This document shows positions 42,100 to 53,365 of a stretch of DNA of 64,000 nt, in pieces (within the stretch, counting starts at the first letter, position 1; the number at the start of each line of letters is the position of its first letter). The notes beneath the pieces were generated by a model. The model worked only from the letters and a program-made list of their open reading frames with translations. It was not told the DNA's origin and made no database searches. Made by a program: the position numbers and the translations under genes. Location of the stretch: positions 32,001-96,000 of the forward strand of contig CAWDPO010000043.1 in the NCBI GenBank assembly GCA_963804165.1, read 5' to 3'. The DNA is from an uncultured delta proteobacterium (lineage in GTDB: Bacteria > Desulfobacterota > Binatia > UBA9968).

Positions 42100-42522
42100 A
42101 TGAAAAACGGCAAAGAAGGTCTCGTCACAGAGATCATGATGGGTAGTCCGGTTACACTCAAACCGGAGGACACGCTCGATCTAGCCAACGACGTGATTTC
42201 GCTCGGGCGGATACGCCACATACCCGTCGTGGACGCCGGCCGGCTCGTGGGTTTGCTGAGCGAGCGGGACCTGCTGGGCGCTGCAGCGAGTCAGATCTTT
42301 GGCTTGAAGCAGAAAAGCAAGTCGGCGCTGCTAAAAACCGTGTTGATCAGAGACGTAATGAAAAAACGGGTGGCAACGGTCACGACCGATACGTCGATCA
42401 AGGAGGCCGCTCATCTGATGCGCGATAAAAAAATAGGCTGCCTGCCCGTCGTCAGCGGCAACGCCGTCGTCGGATTAGTGACGACGACGGACATTCTGAG
42501 ATATGTCGAGAGACTGGGGTGA
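42100..42522 (+). CDS. CBS-domain protein
   Basis: Two CBS repeats. Confidence 0.9.
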   Translation: MKNGKEGLVTEIMMGSPVTLKPEDTLDLANDVISLGRIRHIPVVDAGRLVGLLSERDLLGAAASQIFGLKQKSKSALLKTVLIRDVMKKRVATVTTDTSIKEAAHLMRDKKIGCLPVVSGNAVVGLVTTTDILRYVERLG

Positions 42523-42679
42523 TGAAATGCCAACTAGCCGGATCATCAACCTTGTTCATGGACCGACGAACAATCACGATCACTTGGAGGCCGGCGCGCA
42601 GATTCGGTCGGTTCCATAATCGTGCTGGGGAATTCAAAACCACAAACTAACTTCGCTAAGCGAAGACGACGGAGGGCAT

Positions 42680-42946
42680 ATGGGCGGATTTTTGGCCGAG
42701 AAACACGTGCTCACGAGAGAACGGGTGAAAGAAATTTTCCGCAACAAAGAATACTCCTATTACGAAGAAAAGGTGAACCTTATGGAGGTTAGAGACGACT
42801 CGTTGCTGTTGAAAATTTCCTTCCTGCTCGAATACAAAAATCACATGATCTCTATCGAAGAGAAAGAACCGATCGCTGTCCCGTTTAAAGATTTCAGAGT
42901 CGAAGACTGGGGCGATGGAGTTCAAAAAATCGCGGATATCGAATAG
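42680..42946 (+). CDS. Hypothetical protein
   Basis: RBS ggaggg and plausible composition. Confidence 0.55.
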   Translation: MGGFLAEKHVLTRERVKEIFRNKEYSYYEEKVNLMEVRDDSLLLKISFLLEYKNHMISIEEKEPIAVPFKDFRVEDWGDGVQKIADIE

Positions 42947-43250
42947 TCTTCCGTAATGGCTCAATCTTGCCTATGTTATGTGATTCTCACAGAGACAGGC
43001 AACCTCCTGAATTTGCTAAGCTGCGGGACTGTCTCTCTGCAACCTGGGTCACCGCCGGCGTCCTTACGAAGCTGGCTAAGCATCTTGCTATACTTGCCAG
43101 TCTCACGATCCTAGGCGAATCCACGGGTCGAATCGCCGTCGGCCAACTCGCCATCTTCATTCTTATCGTCCTGGCCGCCTTCTCCCACACGCTCGGACGC
43201 ACGCTCCGGTTGCACTTGCGTAGGCAAACCGCCTTGAGCAAGAGCGTGCC

Positions 43251-46200
43251 ATGATCGCCGAGCGCCTTGAAGCAGCAAAGATTGTCTTCGGTCTTAAGGG
43301 AAATCTTTCTGAAGTCATCGATATCCTCTGCCGTCGCTCCAACCTGTCTGATCTCGCCGCCCGATTTCGCTCTCACAAACCGGACAAAGGAACCGAGCGC
43401 TACAGTTACCTCGGCGACGGCATCGCCGTGCCCCATCTGCGTATCGACAATTTGCCGGCCCCCGAGTTGATCCTCGGGCTTTCGCCTGAAGGTCTTACCT
43501 TCAACAATAATAAAATCCATGTTGTATTGCTCCTGGCTACGCCCGCGGACCAGCCGGCAGAGCACCTGCAACTCTTGCAGCGAGTCTGCTCGCTGCTGCC
43601 GGCGGTACGCGATGAGCTGCTGGCGCAACGCGATGCGGGCCGGGTGCTCCGACTCATTGCGCGTGCCGAGCAGCAATCCGCTTTGCCGACTTATCTGAAT
43701 CTCACTCAGGAACAGGTCGGTTTCGAGCTCGAAACCGACCTCGGCAATGGTTTATCCACTGCCGAAGCGAGCAGCCGCCTGGCGCACTACGGTCGCAATG
43801 TTTTGCAGCGCGTTCGCCACGAGTCCTGGCATCTCAAGCTATTGCGCAACTTGTTTAGCTTTTTCGCCGTGCTGCTCTGGATAGCCGCCTTGCTCTGCTT
43901 TGTTCCCGGTGTCGACTTACCCCAGCTCGGCATCGCAATTCTGGTGGTCATCCTGGTCAACGGGCTTTTCGCCTTCATGCAAGAATATAAATCGGACCGC
44001 GCCCTGGAAATGTTGCAGCAACTGATCGGTCAAAAGTGCCGTGTCATACGCGACGGAGCGTTGTCGGAGATCGACGCCGGGGAGCTCGTGCCTGGAGATC
44101 TCATCATGCTCGAAGAAGGCGACTTGGTGCCGGCCGATTCGCGCTTGCTCGAAGCCTTTGAAGTGGAAGTCGACAACTCATCGCTCACCGGCGAATCGAC
44201 GCCTGCGCGCCGCTACAAATCCGACCAGCCGGTTTTGATTTCCGGTAAATTCCTGTGGATCGAGCTGCCGAATATTGTCTTCGCCGGCACTTCGCTGCTG
44301 CGCGGCCGCGCCCGCGCGGTGGTTTTCGGCACGGGGATGAATTCAGAGGTCGGCAAGATCGCCAACCTCACGCAAGATATCCAAAGCGAGCCGAGCCCGC
44401 TGCAAAAACAATTGCGTGGCACGGTCTACGCGATCGCCGCCCTCGCCGGCGGCCTGGGCTTGGTATTTTTGTTTTTGGGCTGGCTCGTCGGCGGACTGAC
44501 GTTTCTCGAAGCTTTCGTGTTTTTCATCGGCCTTTTCGTCGCCAACGTGCCCGAAGGGCTGCTACCGACTGTCACGCTGTCACTCGCGATGGGCGTGCAG
44601 CGTATGGCCAAGCGCCACGCTCTGGTAAAAAGCCTGCCGTCGGTGGAAACCCTGGGATGTACGACCGTCATCTGCTGCGACAAGACCGGCACACTGACGC
44701 AGAATCTCATGATGGCCAACGAGGTCGCCGTGGACGGCAAGTTTGTCGAAATCACCGGGGTGGGTTACCGGCCGCGCGGCGAATTTCTCCAGGACGGCAA
44801 AGCGCTCTCCCTCGATGGAATCTCCCAATGGAGCACGCTGCGGCGCCTGCTCGACTGCGCGTTTATTTGTAATAACGCCAAGGTCGAACCAAGCGACGCC
44901 GATTACCGCGTGATCGGCGATCCCACTGAAGGCGCTCTGATTTGCCTAGCCGAAAAGGCCGGCGTGCGCGGCACGCATCAACGCTTGCATCTCAATCCTT
45001 TCGAGTCGATCCGCAAAAGAATGAGCGTGGTAGTGAAACCGTATCGCCAACTTGAACCGACCATTTACGTCAAAGGCGCTCCGGTGGAGACCCTGCAACA
45101 GTGCGATCGCATTCACTGGGGCGACGAGGTGCGTTCACTGACGGACTCGGATCGGCAAAGAATCCTTGCAGAAAATGACGCCATGGCCAATCGCGGCTTG
45201 CGCGTGCTCGCGTTCGCGTATCGCGACGGCGTGGAATTGAACGGCGCTCCCTACACGACGACGGATGTCGAGACGAGCCTGGTTTACCTAGGCTTGGTGG
45301 CGCTCTCCGATCCGGTGCGGCCCGAAGTGCCGGAAGCGATTCACGCCTGCCATACAGCGGGAATTCGCGTCATCATGGTGACCGGCGATTACGCGCTCAC
45401 GGCTGCCAGTATCGGCACACAAATCGGTCTCGGAGAGTCTGCTCCTATGCCGATTTTCACCGGCGCTCAGGTCGCCGAGATGGCCGATGAGCGGCTGGTA
45501 AAAATTCTTACCCAAGGTGAAACGATCTTTGCCCGCGTCGCGCCGGAGCATAAATTGCGCGTCGTATCTATCCTCAAACAAATGGGCGAGATCGTCGCAG
45601 TGACCGGCGACGGTGTCAATGACGCGCCGGCATTGAAGAAAGCCGATATCGGCATCGCCATGGGGTTACGCGGTAACGACGTCGCCAAAGAGGCTTCGCG
45701 CATGATTTTGACCGACGACAACTTCAGCTCCATCGTCGCCGCCATCGAAGAGGGCCGCGCCATTTTCGACAACATCAAACGCTTTGCCGCCTACGTCCTC
45801 AACAGCAACCCGCAGGAAATGTATCCGTACATTTTCTGGGTACTGTTCCCTGACATGCCGCTGGCGATGACGATCATGGGCGTGTTGGCGGTCGACGTCG
45901 GAACCGATCTGATTCCGGCGATGGGCTTGGGCATCGAGCCGCCGGAAGAAGGGATCATGGAGCGTCCGCCGCGGCGGCGCGACGAAAAGCTATTATCGAT
46001 TAATTTTGTCCTGCGCTCCTACTTCGTGCACGGAACACTGCTCGCCCTCAGCTGCTATGCGACTTACTATTATATGGGCTGGGTGCTTGGCACATGGCGT
46101 CCCGGCAAGAGTCTCAGCGCCATGCCGGCGAGTCCGTCCGGACTCCAATTCGCGGCAGCATCCGCTGCTTATTTGCAGACGCTCACCGCTTACTTTTTCC

Positions 46201-46769
46201 CGACGGTCACCACGCAGATCGCCAATGTGCTCTGCAAGCGCTCGTGGCGTAGCTCGCTCTTTTCAATTAACTTTTTGAACCCTGCGCGCCGCCAAGAAGC
46301 GCTGGAAGCGATTGCGACGTGGCGCCCGCCGCACTATACGGCGCGAGTGCGCATCGACTACCATGTGAAAGGGGCGACGGAATTTGACATGGCGCGCGCC
46401 TTTTTCGCGCTCGCGGGCGAGCTGATTGTCCTGCCGTTCCGATTCATTTGGCTGCTCTTGTTGCAATCGCTGACGCGCCTCGAGCGCCCGATCATCGTTC
46501 CGTGCACCACCTGGCTCGCGCGTTTTCTCGAACGCCACTACATTATCTTTAATTTCATCTCTAACCCGCTCATCGATCTTGGCATCTTGTTCGAGCTTGT
46601 GCTTTGCTATCTCTTCTTCTACACGTCGCTCGCCGATATCTACTACTTCGCGCCTGTACCGTGGCATGTCTATCTCTTCGCATTTCATGGGACGGTGGTG
46701 CTGTTCGCCTTCGAAGAGACAAAGAAATACTACCGGCGGAAAGGCTACAAATTAGAGTTTTTGGCATAG
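43251..46769 (+). CDS. P-type ATPase (Na,K/H,K type IIC-like) with N-terminal PTS EIIA domain
   Basis: GDGIAVPH (EIIA), DNSSLTGES, VANVPEGL, DKTGTLT, GDGVND, DVGTD. Confidence 0.9.
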   Translation: MIAERLEAAKIVFGLKGNLSEVIDILCRRSNLSDLAARFRSHKPDKGTERYSYLGDGIAVPHLRIDNLPAPELILGLSPEGLTFNNNKIHVVLLLATPADQPAEHLQLLQRVCSLLPAVRDELLAQRDAGRVLRLIARAEQQSALPTYLNLTQEQVGFELETDLGNGLSTAEASSRLAHYGRNVLQRVRHESWHLKLLRNLFSFFAVLLWIAALLCFVPGVDLPQLGIAILVVILVNGLFAFMQEYKSDRALEMLQQLIGQKCRVIRDGALSEIDAGELVPGDLIMLEEGDLVPADSRLLEAFEVEVDNSSLTGESTPARRYKSDQPVLISGKFLWIELPNIVFAGTSLLRGRARAVVFGTGMNSEVGKIANLTQDIQSEPSPLQKQLRGTVYAIAALAGGLGLVFLFLGWLVGGLTFLEAFVFFIGLFVANVPEGLLPTVTLSLAMGVQRMAKRHALVKSLPSVETLGCTTVICCDKTGTLTQNLMMANEVAVDGKFVEITGVGYRPRGEFLQDGKALSLDGISQWSTLRRLLDCAFICNNAKVEPSDADYRVIGDPTEGALICLAEKAGVRGTHQRLHLNPFESIRKRMSVVVKPYRQLEPTIYVKGAPVETLQQCDRIHWGDEVRSLTDSDRQRILAENDAMANRGLRVLAFAYRDGVELNGAPYTTTDVETSLVYLGLVALSDPVRPEVPEAIHACHTAGIRVIMVTGDYALTAASIGTQIGLGESAPMPIFTGAQVAEMADERLVKILTQGETIFARVAPEHKLRVVSILKQMGEIVAVTGDGVNDAPALKKADIGIAMGLRGNDVAKEASRMILTDDNFSSIVAAIEEGRAIFDNIKRFAAYVLNSNPQEMYPYIFWVLFPDMPLAMTIMGVLAVDVGTDLIPAMGLGIEPPEEGIMERPPRRRDEKLLSINFVLRSYFVHGTLLALSCYATYYYMGWVLGTWRPGKSLSAMPASPSGLQFAAASAAYLQTLTAYFFPTVTTQIANVLCKRSWRSSLFSINFLNPARRQEALEAIATWRPPHYTARVRIDYHVKGATEFDMARAFFALAGELIVLPFRFIWLLLLQSLTRLERPIIVPCTTWLARFLERHYIIFNFISNPLIDLGILFELVLCYLFFYTSLADIYYFAPVPWHVYLFAFHGTVVLFAFEETKKYYRRKGYKLEFLA

Positions 46770-47269
46770 CCAAAATGGTCGGCTGGCAAACGCTGCCCAT
46801 CTGAGGTCAATTTTCGGCGGACGGGCACCCGCCTCTGAGCGTTATTTTCCTTTTCCACCGGCACGACCAACACGGGACACGCCGCCCCTCTCAGGATTTT
46901 ATCGGTGACGCTGCCGATCAGCATTCGGGACAGCCCACTGCGGCCATGGGATGACATAACGATCAGATCGACGTGTTCGCTATCCGCGCAGTCAAGGATC
47001 GCCCCGTACGCTTCGCCGGCATCGACCACTTTGTGAATTCTTAGACCGCCGCTGACATCGGCGAGTTTTTCAGCGACAAACTTATCAAGCCGCTCTCTGT
47101 GGCGCTCCATCTCCTGCTTGTTGATGGTATTGGTTTCATCCAATAACACGACATTGAAGATGATCAGCTCCGCGCCGACCTCTTTGGCCAGTTGACACGC
47201 GTAACGCACTCCTGCAGACGAGAGCTCGGAAAAGTCCGTCGGTGCGAGAAGTTTTTTTAATGTAGCCAT
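46745..47269 (-). CDS. Universal stress protein
   Basis: USP motifs. Confidence 0.9.
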   Translation of the reverse strand: MATLKKLLAPTDFSELSSAGVRYACQLAKEVGAELIIFNVVLLDETNTINKQEMERHRERLDKFVAEKLADVSGGLRIHKVVDAGEAYGAILDCADSEHVDLIVMSSHGRSGLSRMLIGSVTDKILRGAACPVLVVPVEKENNAQRRVPVRRKLTSDGQRLPADHFGYAKNSNL

Positions 47270-47325
47270 ACGGTTCTCCCTTCTGTGTTCGGCTAATAAA
47301 TAGATCTCGACGCTGGCAGTGAAGA

Positions 47326-47812
47326 TTACAGTTTATAGCCGATCTTGCGTAGCAGCTCTTTGCGCCAGACGATGCCCGCATCATCTTCGATGCCCTGGCT
47401 CTTGCCGCCGTCGATGACACCCAGGATGCCGCGGCCTAAGATCGGTTTCCGCGATCACGACTTCCACCGGATTCGCCGTGGCGCAGAAGATGCGGCAAAC
47501 CTCGGGAACCATTTTAATCGTATTCAGCACGTTAACGGGGAAAAAGCCGGCGCCGAGAAACACAATGAAGCTGTGGCCGGCGGAAAGAGCGAGCGCGTTG
47601 CGCTTGGCCAAATCAATCATCGATTCCTCTGTCCCCGTCCAGCGAACCAGCAGCGCGCCCGAGGCTTCGCAGAAGGCGAGACCGAATTTGATGCCAGGAA
47701 CACTTTGCACCAACGCTTCGTGAATATCCTCGACAGTCTTGATGAAGTGGCTTTGGCCCAGGATAAAATTAACGTCGCCGGGCTTGTCGATTTTCACCGT
47801 CGTGAGTTGCAT
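47326..47812 (-). CDS. Adenosine-specific kinase family protein (frameshift near 47435)
   Basis: NFILGQSHFIKTVED...FCEASG...CATANP. Confidence 0.85.
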
Positions 47813-47921
47813 CGCGTCGCTCCTTCCAAACATACCGCCCCGATTGCCAGTGCAGAATCGGCGGAAGAATTGTCATCACACGCAACCAATTCGAACTGAT
47901 AGCGAATGCGGCGGTGGTGTT

Positions 47922-48795
47922 TCAAGCCGCCCGGATCAGTAGCACGGGATCGCGCGAGTGTTGGATGACTTTTTCCGCGACGCTGCCCAACACCCAGCGT
48001 CCGATTCCCGACCGCCCGTGAGTTGACATAGCGATCAAATTGTTCGGCGTTCTCAGGGCGATGTCGATGATCTCCCCGGCGGCGTCACCTTGGATGGCGG
48101 TTCCGATAACCCGCTCGAATCGGTCGGCGCGCAGTCCCGCGACTTTGCCCTCCAGGTATATCTCCGCCTCTTTTTTGAGTTCCTCACGATACACAGTCGG
48201 GCCCTGGGCGATCACGCCGTCGGCGAGGAGGTACGCGTCGGTCGGCAACGTGTAAGTGCGCAGGAGGTGAATCTCGAGCTTCAATGCCTTCGCCAGCGCG
48301 CAAACGTGCGGCAGAGTCTTTTCTGCCAGGCCGGAACCATCTAACGGTACAAAGGCCGTGTCCAGCCTGACCGGCGCCGCGGAGTCGGCGCCTTCGCTGG
48401 GGCGAATCAACAGCAGCGGATTCGCCGCGGTTTGAATCACTTTGCTGGCAACGCTGCCGATCAGCCAACGGCGCGGCCCCGACAATCCGTGCGTCGCCAT
48501 GGCGATGAGACAGGAAGGGTCAGCGCTGGCACGATCGATGATCACTTCCGCCGGCTTGCCGACCTCGACTGCTGTGGCGACCGGTACAGAAGAGGAGCGA
48601 AAATATTTCGCCGCGGTTTCTTCCAGGTACTGATCGTCCGGCTGAGGCGGGCGAAAAGGGCGGCCGCGCGTCCGGATCCGTAATGCGCAATAATTCCACA
48701 GGGGCGCGATACGCCTCGGCAATCACCCGCGCGTAGGGAAGGACCTGCTCGGAAAAATTTGAGCCATCCAACGGCACCAGCATTTTTTTGTACAT
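47922..48795 (-). CDS. Tandem-domain USP (frameshift)
   Basis: MYKKMLVPLDGS and two USP domains. Confidence 0.85.
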
Positions 48796-48826
48796 GCCCT
48801 TACTCCAAACCAAAACCAGCGGTTCG

Positions 48827-49732
48827 TCAACTGGGCGCCCGCAAGATCAGGACCGGGTCGCCCGAGTGGCGCACCACCGTCTCGGTGACGCTACCCAACA
48901 CCCAACGCTTCACTCCCGATCGTCCATGGGTGCAGATGGCGATGAGGCTGTCCGGTCTGCCGCGCGCATATTTGATGATTTCATCGGCGCTGAACCCTTC
49001 CTTGGATGCGCACGAAACTCTTTCCACGCCGGCTTTTCTTAAGACGTCAGCCTTCTCTTCCAAGTATTGGCTTACGTCGGTACCGATCGCGGCGCCTAAT
49101 TCATCTTGATTGACGGTATAGCTTCCGCCAGCGCCGTAAATGTCATAAGGAACGCCGTACGCGCGAAATAGAATCACCTCAAGGCCGAGTGTCTTGGCGA
49201 GCTCGACGACGGCCGGCAGCGCCTGCTCGGCCAAAGCAGAACCATCCAAGGGCACCACGATGGAGTTGAGAAGCGCTTGCCCGCCGGCACGCGACTCAGG
49301 CGCGGGCCGGACCAAGAGCAACGGATTGCTTGTGCCACGCAAGACCTTTTCCGCCACGCTCCCCAGCAACCAGCGATGGATACCGGAACGGCCATGCGTC
49401 GCCATCATGATTAACGTGCCTGGATCGGCCGCCGCCGCGTCAATGATGCTGTTCGCGGCACCTCCGTTTTCCAGTCTTGACTGGCAGCCATCCGGGAAAA
49501 CATTCTTGGCGACTCTTGCCAAATACTCGCCGCACCGGCGCGTCTCTTCATCGACCAAATTGTTCATGTAGAATCGCTCGATCGTCGCAAGACTGCGTGC
49601 GAGCTCCGCCGTGTCGACCACGGCAATCAATTCCACCGGGAGCTCTAATTGAGTGGACCAAGAGCGCGCGAGGGGCAACACGGCCTCGGCGGTTTTCGAT
49701 CCGTCCAACGGAATAAGAATCTTTTTATACAT
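48827..49732 (-). CDS. Tandem-domain USP
   Basis: Two USP domains. Confidence 0.92.
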   Translation of the reverse strand: MYKKILIPLDGSKTAEAVLPLARSWSTQLELPVELIAVVDTAELARSLATIERFYMNNLVDEETRRCGEYLARVAKNVFPDGCQSRLENGGAANSIIDAAAADPGTLIMMATHGRSGIHRWLLGSVAEKVLRGTSNPLLLVRPAPESRAGGQALLNSIVVPLDGSALAEQALPAVVELAKTLGLEVILFRAYGVPYDIYGAGGSYTVNQDELGAAIGTDVSQYLEEKADVLRKAGVERVSCASKEGFSADEIIKYARGRPDSLIAICTHGRSGVKRWVLGSVTETVVRHSGDPVLILRAPS

Positions 49733-49759
49733 CCCGACCACCTCTCCCATCACCGTCGT

Positions 49760-50665
49760 TCACTCCGCCCGCACCACAAGCACCGGGTCGTCACAATGGC
49801 GCGCGACCTTTTCCGTCACACTGCCCAGCACCCACCGTTTCACACCCGAGTAACCGTGGGTCGTGATCGCGACAAGACTGTTTGGCTGGCTTCGGGTAAG
49901 AGCGATGATCTCCTCCGCGGCAGAACCCTCCAACAGCATGGATGAGACCTTTGCCAATCCTTTCCTCTTGAGTTCTTCGACCTTGCCATCCAAATACTTT
50001 CGGCCCGCATCTTTGAGCTGTGCCGCCAGACTCCTATAGTCCGGGGTGGAGTAGTCTTCAGTGCCGAAACAAGCGGATAGAGGAACGTGATAGGCATGAG
50101 CGAGGATGATCTTGAGCTGCAGCACTTTGGCGAGCTCTGTGACGTCGCGAAAGACAGTCTCAGCCAACGGAGAAGTGTCCAGCGGCACAATGACGGTATC
50201 GAATTTGACGGTGCCGTCGCTGCGTCCGCCTGCGCCGGCGCGGACGAGCAGCAAAGGATTCGTGCTGCCGCGAAGAACCTTCTCGGCCACGCTTCCGAGG
50301 AGCCACCGGCTCATGCCCGTCCGCCCATGAGTGCCCATCGCGACCAACATACTCTTGTCTTGGGCCGCCATGTCGATGATGGCCACTGCCGGGGTACCAA
50401 TCTCGACACGCCAAGCAGCGGCGTTTTCGGGGAACGTTGCGCTCACCCGCGCCAGGTAGGTTTCGCTCGCGCGTCTCCCGTCTTCGGTCAATTTACCGAC
50501 GTAACGTGGGTCATGGTTGAGACCTGAAACCGCAATAGCGGCGGGGTCAACAACGCCTAACAGCTCGACGGGCAGTTTGAGCCACCCTGCTAAGAAGCGC
50601 GCATAGGGCAGAACTTGTTCGGCTACTGTGGAGCCGTCCAACGGCACGAGGATTTTGCTGTACAT
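49760..50665 (-). CDS. Tandem-domain USP
   Basis: Two USP domains. Confidence 0.92.
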   Translation of the reverse strand: MYSKILVPLDGSTVAEQVLPYARFLAGWLKLPVELLGVVDPAAIAVSGLNHDPRYVGKLTEDGRRASETYLARVSATFPENAAAWRVEIGTPAVAIIDMAAQDKSMLVAMGTHGRTGMSRWLLGSVAEKVLRGSTNPLLLVRAGAGGRSDGTVKFDTVIVPLDTSPLAETVFRDVTELAKVLQLKIILAHAYHVPLSACFGTEDYSTPDYRSLAAQLKDAGRKYLDGKVEELKRKGLAKVSSMLLEGSAAEEIIALTRSQPNSLVAITTHGYSGVKRWVLGSVTEKVARHCDDPVLVVRAE

Positions 50666-50694
50666 GGCTCTTCGCTCCAAACGTGGCCGAATTG

Positions 50695-51608
50695 TCAACT
50701 GGGCGCGCGTAAAATCAAGACCGGATCGCCTGAATGGCGCACCACCGTTTCGGTCACGCTGCCCAACACCCAGCGCTTCACGCCCGAACGTCCATGGGTG
50801 CACATGGCGACGAGGTTGTCAGGACGTACGGCGCGCGAATGAAATAATCTCGTCTGGCCGAGACCCTCCTTGACGACCAAAGTTACTTTTTCCAGTCCGT
50901 GTTTTTTCAGCTCCGTGCCTTTTGTTTCGATATACTCAAGAGCCTCGGCTTTTAAGCGTCGCAAGAAAAGTCTCGAGCTGTGTCGCATCGTAAAACCCTT
51001 CGCCCGACGAATAGGCGCCGTAGGGAACTCCGTAGACGCGCAGAAGAATGACTTCCAGGTCGAGTTTCTTGGCGATCTCTTCCACGGATGGCAGAACGCT
51101 CTCCGCTAACTCGGAACCATCCAGTGGAATGACGATAGCCTTTAGTGCCGCCATGTCCCACGGCGGAGTTTCCTCCTTCGCCCGTACCAATAACAACGGA
51201 TTTGCTGCCGCTCGTAGAACTTTCTCCGCCACACTGCCGACCAACCAGCGGTTGAGCCCTGAGCGGCCGTGAGTCGCCATGGCGATCAGCGTTGACTTTT
51301 CCTTCGCCGCCGATTCGACAATCACCTCGGCGGCTTTCCCTTTTCCAACTCGATACTGCACGCATCCCGTAGGAAAATTCTTAGCGATGCCTTTTAAATA
51401 ATCGTCGTACCGTCGCGTCTCACCCTCGATCAATGTGTCGAGAAACAAACCCTTCGGCCGCGGAAACATTGCGGGTCATCTCCGCCACGTCCACCACCGC
51501 CAACAACTCGATGGGAACCTGCAGATTCCTAGCAAAACATCGAGCAAAGGGCAGGACATTTTCCGCGGTCTTGGAACCGTCCAGCGGCACGAGGATTTTT
51601 TTGTACAT
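50695..51608 (-). CDS. Tandem-domain USP (frameshifts)
   Basis: Three ORF pieces assemble into one paralog. Confidence 0.85.
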
Positions 51609-51634
51609 CACCATTACCTCCATTCGGGTCCAGA

Positions 51635-52541
51635 TCAGCCGGCCCGCAGCACCAAAACCGGATCGCTGCTGTGGCGCACGACGGTTTCGGTGATGCTACC
51701 GAGCACCCATCGTCGCACGCCCGATCGCCCGTGAGAACACATGGCGATCAAACCGTCCGACGTATTACGCGCCATAGCGATGATCTCATCGCCGGCGAAG
51801 CCTTCTTTGGTCGCGAAGGAGACCTTTCCCACGCCGAGCTTTTTGACCTCAGCGACCTTTTTTTCGAGGTATTCGTTCGCTTCGGCGCGCACGCCGGCGA
51901 TTAGGTTGTCGTAGTTGCCCGCATAGTAACCCTCGTCACCCGCATAGGTGTTGTAGGGAATATGGTAGGCGCGGAACAATACCACTTCGAGGTCGAGTTT
52001 TTTTGCCGTCTCAGCGACCATCGGCAGCACGCTCTCTGCCAACGGTCGAACCGTCCAGCGGGACAATGATGTTCTTGAACACCACCTCGGCCGCCGGTGA
52101 CGCTTCGTCCGCCACGCGCACCAACAGCAATGGATTCACGCTACCGCGCAGAACTTTCTCGGCAACGCTGCCTAACAAGAACCGGTTAAGCCCTGAGCGG
52201 CCGTGAGTCGCCATCGTAATCAGCAGTCCCTTGTCCGCCGCGGCTTTCTCGATAATGGCGTCTTCGGCACGGTCTTTCTCGACCGTGCACGTGACGTTTA
52301 CACCGGGAAATGTATTGGCTATCAGTCGCAGATAGGATGTGCTGTTACGCATCCCATCTTCGATCATGGTATCGAGAAACCGCGCTTTTTCTGCGGCCAT
52401 GTGCGTCGCCATTTCGGCGATGTCGATGACGGCCAGAAGCTCAACCGGTATCTTGAATTTGCCTGCGAAGTAACGAGCGTATGGCAGGACCTTTTCCGCC
52501 GTTTTGGACCCGTCCAACGGGATCAGAATCTTGCTATACAT
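51635..52541 (-). CDS. Tandem-domain USP (frameshift near 52045)
   Basis: Two ORF pieces. Confidence 0.85.
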
Positions 52542-52601
52542 ATTTGTCTCCTCGTCTCCTCAACGGTTGCCAATTGCCCTACACCCGTGCTTGCGTTGCG
52601 C

Positions 52602-53099
52602 CTACTCGACTTTCACCTTGACCTCTTTGGCCTTAGCCTCTTCGGTCTTAGGCATCCGGACTTCCAGCACGCCATTCTTAAATGTCGCTTTCACCTTGTC
52701 CGCATGAACGTCCTTGGGCAGTTCGAGGGTTCTGAAGAACGAACCATAGCTCCGTTCGGAACGATAGTAGTTCTCTTCCTTGGTCTCTTCCGCTTTTTTC
52801 TTTTCGCCCTTGATCGTCAGCGTGTGATCCGTGAGTTTCACTTCGATGTTGTCTTTATCCATGCCTGGGATTTCGGCTTTGACCACGATGTCGTCTTTCT
52901 CTTCGAACACATCGACGGCCGGGGCTCTCACATCCAGCTCGTCGGTTCGGAACAATCTCTCCGGCCACCAGGGTCTAACTCTTCGCCCGAAGAAATCCTC
53001 CATCATGCGATCCATATCCCGTTCCCACCGGGTTAGATCCATGAAGGGTCGCCACGGGGTGACCGCCTTAGTTTCTTTTTCTTTTGTTTTGTCCGCCAT
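52602..53099 (-). CDS. Hsp20/alpha-crystallin small heat-shock protein
   Basis: PAVDVFE...AEIPG...ERSYGSFFR...FKNGVLEV. Confidence 0.95.
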   Translation of the reverse strand: MADKTKEKETKAVTPWRPFMDLTRWERDMDRMMEDFFGRRVRPWWPERLFRTDELDVRAPAVDVFEEKDDIVVKAEIPGMDKDNIEVKLTDHTLTIKGEKKKAEETKEENYYRSERSYGSFFRTLELPKDVHADKVKATFKNGVLEVRMPKTEEAKAKEVKVKVE

Positions 53100-53157
53100 A
53101 ACTAATCCCTCCTTTGTAATGGTTTATGGGGAGGACGTTTCCCCCTATACTTCAAAG

Positions 53158-53173
53158 CGCAATCGCTATGCCA
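53158..53173 (-). promoter_or_regulatory. Sigma-54 promoter of the hsp20-USP operon
   Basis: TGGCATAGCGATTGCG. Confidence 0.7.
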
Positions 53174-53317
53174 GCGAACAGGCTCGATTTATCGCCACTA
53201 ACGCGCGATGTTTTCGCATTGTTGAAAATTTTCGGCGACAGGTCTCCCAAAGCTGCAACTAAACGGTGAAGGCTGCGAGAAAAGCGTGATTGGAAGCGAG
53301 TCCAGTTAATCATTTCG

Positions 53318-53333
53318 TGGCATTAGTCTTGCG
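53318..53333 (+). promoter_or_regulatory. Sigma-54 promoter of the oxidoreductase operon
   Basis: TGGCATTAGTCTTGCG. Confidence 0.7.
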
Positions 53334-53365
53334 CTTTTGAGTCAATGATCTTCTAGGAAATTAGT

